A stretch of 64,000 nt of DNA from Octopus bimaculoides (taxonomy: Eukaryota), in contig NC_068990.1 in the NCBI RefSeq assembly GCF_001194135.2, positions 25,081,959-25,145,958 of the forward strand. Direction: 5' to 3'. Below the pieces are notes generated by a model. The model made no database searches and was not told the DNA's origin. It saw nothing but the letters and a program-made list of their open reading frames with translations. Of the stretch, positions 60,701 through 64,000 are shown in pieces. Within the stretch, counting starts at the first letter, position 1, and each line of letters opens with the position of its first letter. The translations under genes and the position numbers were made by a program.

Positions 60701-63700
60701 ACAGGAGCTCTTGTTTCTTCAGTAAATAGTAATCCTTTTGGAATAGCATCTTCAAGAGACATCTCTTCTTTTGTTAATGGGTTTATGTACAATCCTTTAG
60801 AATAATTTAATATACCATCTTTGATAGCTTCATTTACTGATATCTTCTTACCAGTTCTAGGGTCCACTACAGCAGAGACAGTCATGGTGGTTTGTTTTGT
60901 TGTTATGATCCGATTTCCTTCTCGTTCAACATTTGGTGTAACAAATGACAATTCAGCATCAATGAGTTTCTTTTCAATTGCCTCAGTAATCATGATTTTT
61001 TCCAAGGTCAGAGGATTGACATAAAGACCACGGGATTCATCAATGATTCCTTCGTGAATTGCTTCTGCTACAGTCATAATTTCATTTGTGACTGGGTGGA
61101 CCACACTCTTTAAGTTGAATGTCTTTGTTTCCCGGATCCAATCTGGTTTAATGGACTTTGGCACAGTACTTAAGTCTTCAGCAATAACAAGACCTGCTTC
61201 AATTGCTTGACTAATGGGGATTCGACATTCTTTATTATCTTTAATTCCTACATATTGTCCTCTGTCTTGATCAAGGATTCCTAATTGTATTGCTTGGCTA
61301 ACAGATAATTTCCCTTTGGTGACAGGGTGCAGGACGCCAGTTATTGAAAAAGCGACAGTTTCTTTAATGGGTTCTTCAGCCACTGTAGGTGGCTCCACTG
61401 TATATTCTGCAACTATGTAACCTTTTCTGATTGCTTCATTTATAGGAATGTTATCACCTGTTGTGGGATCAGAAAATAAACCTGAACCTAAATCAATGAG
61501 ACCTTTATTGATGGCTTCATCTACGTCAATAACTTTTTTAGATTTAGGGTCCACCACAGATTTGATTGACATGTTACGAACTTCAGAGATGACGGCTTTG
61601 ACAGGTTTAGTCAAAGCTATTTGAGTGAAGGTATAGTTCTGAGCTGATTTACTAATAAAAGCAGATTCCACAATGGAATCATTAGATTTCAGAGATTCTT
61701 GTGGAGTTCGTATCGTACTTTCTGTTGCACTAGAAATCGCAGTTTTCTGTTTCTTAGGTGTTCTCTCCATTGTTTCATCTAATTCATCAATGCTGCTTTT
61801 GATAAACTGTCCGGGGACATTACTGGAAGGCCACTCTGATGACAAACGAAGTAATTTTCGGTAGATGGCATCCTCAATAGTCATAATTTCACCTGTATTA
61901 GGGTCTTTAAATGTGCCAGCTTGCTCTGCAAGAAGACCTCTGGAAATTGCTTCAGAGATTGTGATAGCAGTGACAGGTGGTTTTACTTGATCAGACGACA
62001 CACAAGTTGTAACAGTTGTAGAAATAATTAATGGACTTATTAATTCTAAAATCATCTGAGCCTTTTCTGGTGAGAGAATATTTTCAGTAACTGCATTCTG
62101 TAAGGGTACCATATTACCAGATTTGTCTTGAATATTTCCAGACTGAATATCAATCATACCAATGTTTATGGCTTCAATCACTGACAGTTTTCTGCCAGAT
62201 GGATCTTCAAGTAATTTCTTGGTCAAATTCGAGGCTATTTCTTCATCAAGGAAACCATGTTTGGCAGCATTCATTATTGAAAGCTTTCTTCCAGTTTGTG
62301 AGTCAACAAACTCACCTTGTGTTGTTAAAACTCCGTTCATTAGAGCTTCATAGACAGACAGCAAAGATCCAGTGTTACTGTCTAGAATAGTCTTAGGTGG
62401 GAATGACACACACTCATTGGCAATTTTAATATGACCTTCCTTCAAAGCCTCTTGTATAGAAAGTGGGTGTTCAGCATCTGGTATTAAAACTTGCCCTTTG
62501 TCATTTAAGATTCCTTTCTGAAGAGCATCTTTGATGGAAAATATGTCATTAGTCTTTGTAATTATCAAACTTTTAGAATCAGTATTGATAATTCCCTGGT
62601 TGACAGCGTTAGCAAAGGAAATAGCTTGGTTACTGACAGCCTCAAAGATCAAACCATCTTCATTGAGGTTTCCTTTTTGAATGACATCTGATAAAGACAT
62701 AGGTTGAACAAGTAATTGTTTACGTTGTGCTTCAGATAAGCTCATCCATTTCCCAGAGCTGGTTTCCAGGAACTGTCCTGATTGTGGGTGAATGATTCCC
62801 TTGGACACAGCTTCAGTCAAAGAAATCAGAGGAGTTGCTCTCGCTGCACGGATTTCCTTCAGCGAAGGATTTATATAACCTTTCTCAACTGCCTCAAGTA
62901 TTGTCATTTCTTGACCAGAAATTGGATCACACACTTTGCTCTTCAGTTCATCAAACATACCCTTCTGAAGAATTTCTGCCAAACCGAGAGCTTTGTCTGC
63001 TCCTGGGAAATTTTGAAGACCAAAATGAGCTTGTGATTGAGTAATTTCACTGACAGTGATGTCGGGGCTAATACCAAGCAAACTTGGTAGCTTTTGAGAA
63101 ATTAAACCTTGTCCATATGCATCTTTTACAGGAATCATTTCTCCAGTCAAAGGGTTTGATACTTGGCACTTTAGTGGATCCAAAAGACCTAACTTGACAG
63201 CATCTATTAGTGTGTACTGTTGGTTTGAATTAGGATCAACAAGGCCACAGGGTTGGTGCAGTTGCTGGAATAAAGTTGAATCTAAGTAACCTTTATAGAC
63301 TGCTTCTGACAAACTTATTTTGGCTTTTGTTAGAGGATCAACATACGTAGCAGACCTCGTGTCAATTATACCTTGTTGGAATGCTTCATATAAACTGACT
63401 TTCATCTGGCTCTGTGGGTTTACAACTAAACTCTCCAAAATACTACCATGTGTTGTCTCAAGTTTTGTTTTGGCAACGCTTATAACGTTTTGGACATTTT
63501 TCACAGGAATCTGAGAAATTTGCATTGCATCACCTTCAACATGTACATCACCATTCAATGGTGAAGGTTCTGGCATTTCAGAAATATTTGATAAATGAGT
63601 ATCTTTAGCATCTCGACTAGGTCTGTGCATTTGTTTTATGGAGGTTTTAGTTGTCGAGACAAATGTGCTACTTGTGTATGTTGCTGAAGGCTGATTGGAT

Positions 63701-63888
63701 GCTATGGTAGTTGAAGAGGAGGAGGAAGAGCTCATGTAGCTAGCAGGAATACTGCCAAGACTATCAAATTTATCAAGTTGCTGAAAGAATCCTTGCATGT
63801 CTTCATCAACAAGCATTGAAGAACGTTTAGCTAGTTCAGCACGGAATGTTCGAAGCAGTGGTATATTCTCATCAATCACCATTTGAAA
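51749..63888 (-). CDS. MACF1: Giant exon 1: plectin-repeat region with 12-aa tandem array (about 3,930-4,050 aa)
   Basis: Acceptor GTCTTGTTTTAG|TTT CAA ATG at 63888; donor GAA ACG|GTAAGT at 51749; phase 0-0. It joins ORFs 57769..63882 and 51653..57958, which differ in frame only across the N gap 58000-58154. Dozens of DPxTGxxhShxEAhxxGhhD motifs. Confidence 0.9.
57293..57364 (-). repeat. Perfect 30-bp coding tandem repeat (DKPTSQGDSY x2.4)
   Basis: AGTTGGTTTATCATAAGAATCCCCTTGAGA twice plus a 12-bp partial copy. Confidence 0.97.
57450..58893 (-). repeat. Coding 36-bp (12-aa) tandem repeat, consensus QRGQ(A/M/P)P(S/P)(T/A)(A/T)D(V/A)(P/L), about 30-36 units
   Basis: Repeated + strand units such as GACCTCTCTGTGGGACATCAGCTGCTGATGGCATCT; interrupted by the N gap. 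Confidence 0.97.
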
Positions 63889-64000
63889 CTAAAACAAGAC
63901 AAAACCAAAATGTAAATAAGGGAAATAAAAGAAGAAAAAGAGTTTTTTTTTTAATTCAACGATTCCTCCCCTCTTCCCTAAAAAAAACAAAACAACAAAA

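Larger units (their letters stand above)
583..63888 (-). other. MACF1: Spectraplakin gene (shot/vab-10/MACF1/dystonin orthologue), internal part: 28 exons, about 8,500 aa in this window
   Basis: Every junction has GT/AG and matching phase, giving a continuous frame. Domain order is plectin-repeat giant exons followed by about 19 spectrin repeats, diagnostic of spectraplakins. The symbol marks the family; MACF1 versus DST cannot be separated for a single invertebrate gene. Confidence 0.95.

Noticed and set aside
63505-63516. SQIP as an EB1-binding SxIP motif
   Set aside because: The upstream context is acidic rather than basic/Ser-rich, and one 4-mer in thousands of residues is expected by chance.

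Overview
AT-rich, intron-rich eukaryotic DNA. The tRNA-head SINEs, (CA)n/(GAT)n microsatellites and N gaps fit an octopus/coleoid short-read assembly best; that assignment is inference. The whole window lies inside one minus-strand gene, the invertebrate spectraplakin (orthologue of Drosophila shot, C. elegans vab-10 and vertebrate MACF1/DST). I reconstructed 28 consecutive GT-AG exons whose phases join into one open frame. In transcript order these are a ~12 kb giant exon (63888-51749, broken by a 155-N gap), a 7503-nt giant exon (47538-40036) and 26 spectrin-repeat rod exons (35317-583; 6210 nt, 2070 aa). Both giant exons are phase 0-0 and packed with plectin-type repeats (roughly 85 and 55 units by eye). 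They also carry a 12-aa tandem array with a 36-aa higher-order unit, a degenerate 29-aa array and a duplicated Gly/Ala-rich hydrophobic motif. The gene continues beyond both ends; the ABD/plakin domain upstream and the EF-hand/GAR end downstream are not in the window. Introns hold several SINE families, TTAA-flanked piggyBac-like MITEs, an RTE LINE fragment and a perfect 58-bp-stem hairpin. No prokaryotic system, CRISPR array or true RNA gene is supported. Exon coordinates were read base by base; SINE boundaries are approximate and family labels A-D are my own.
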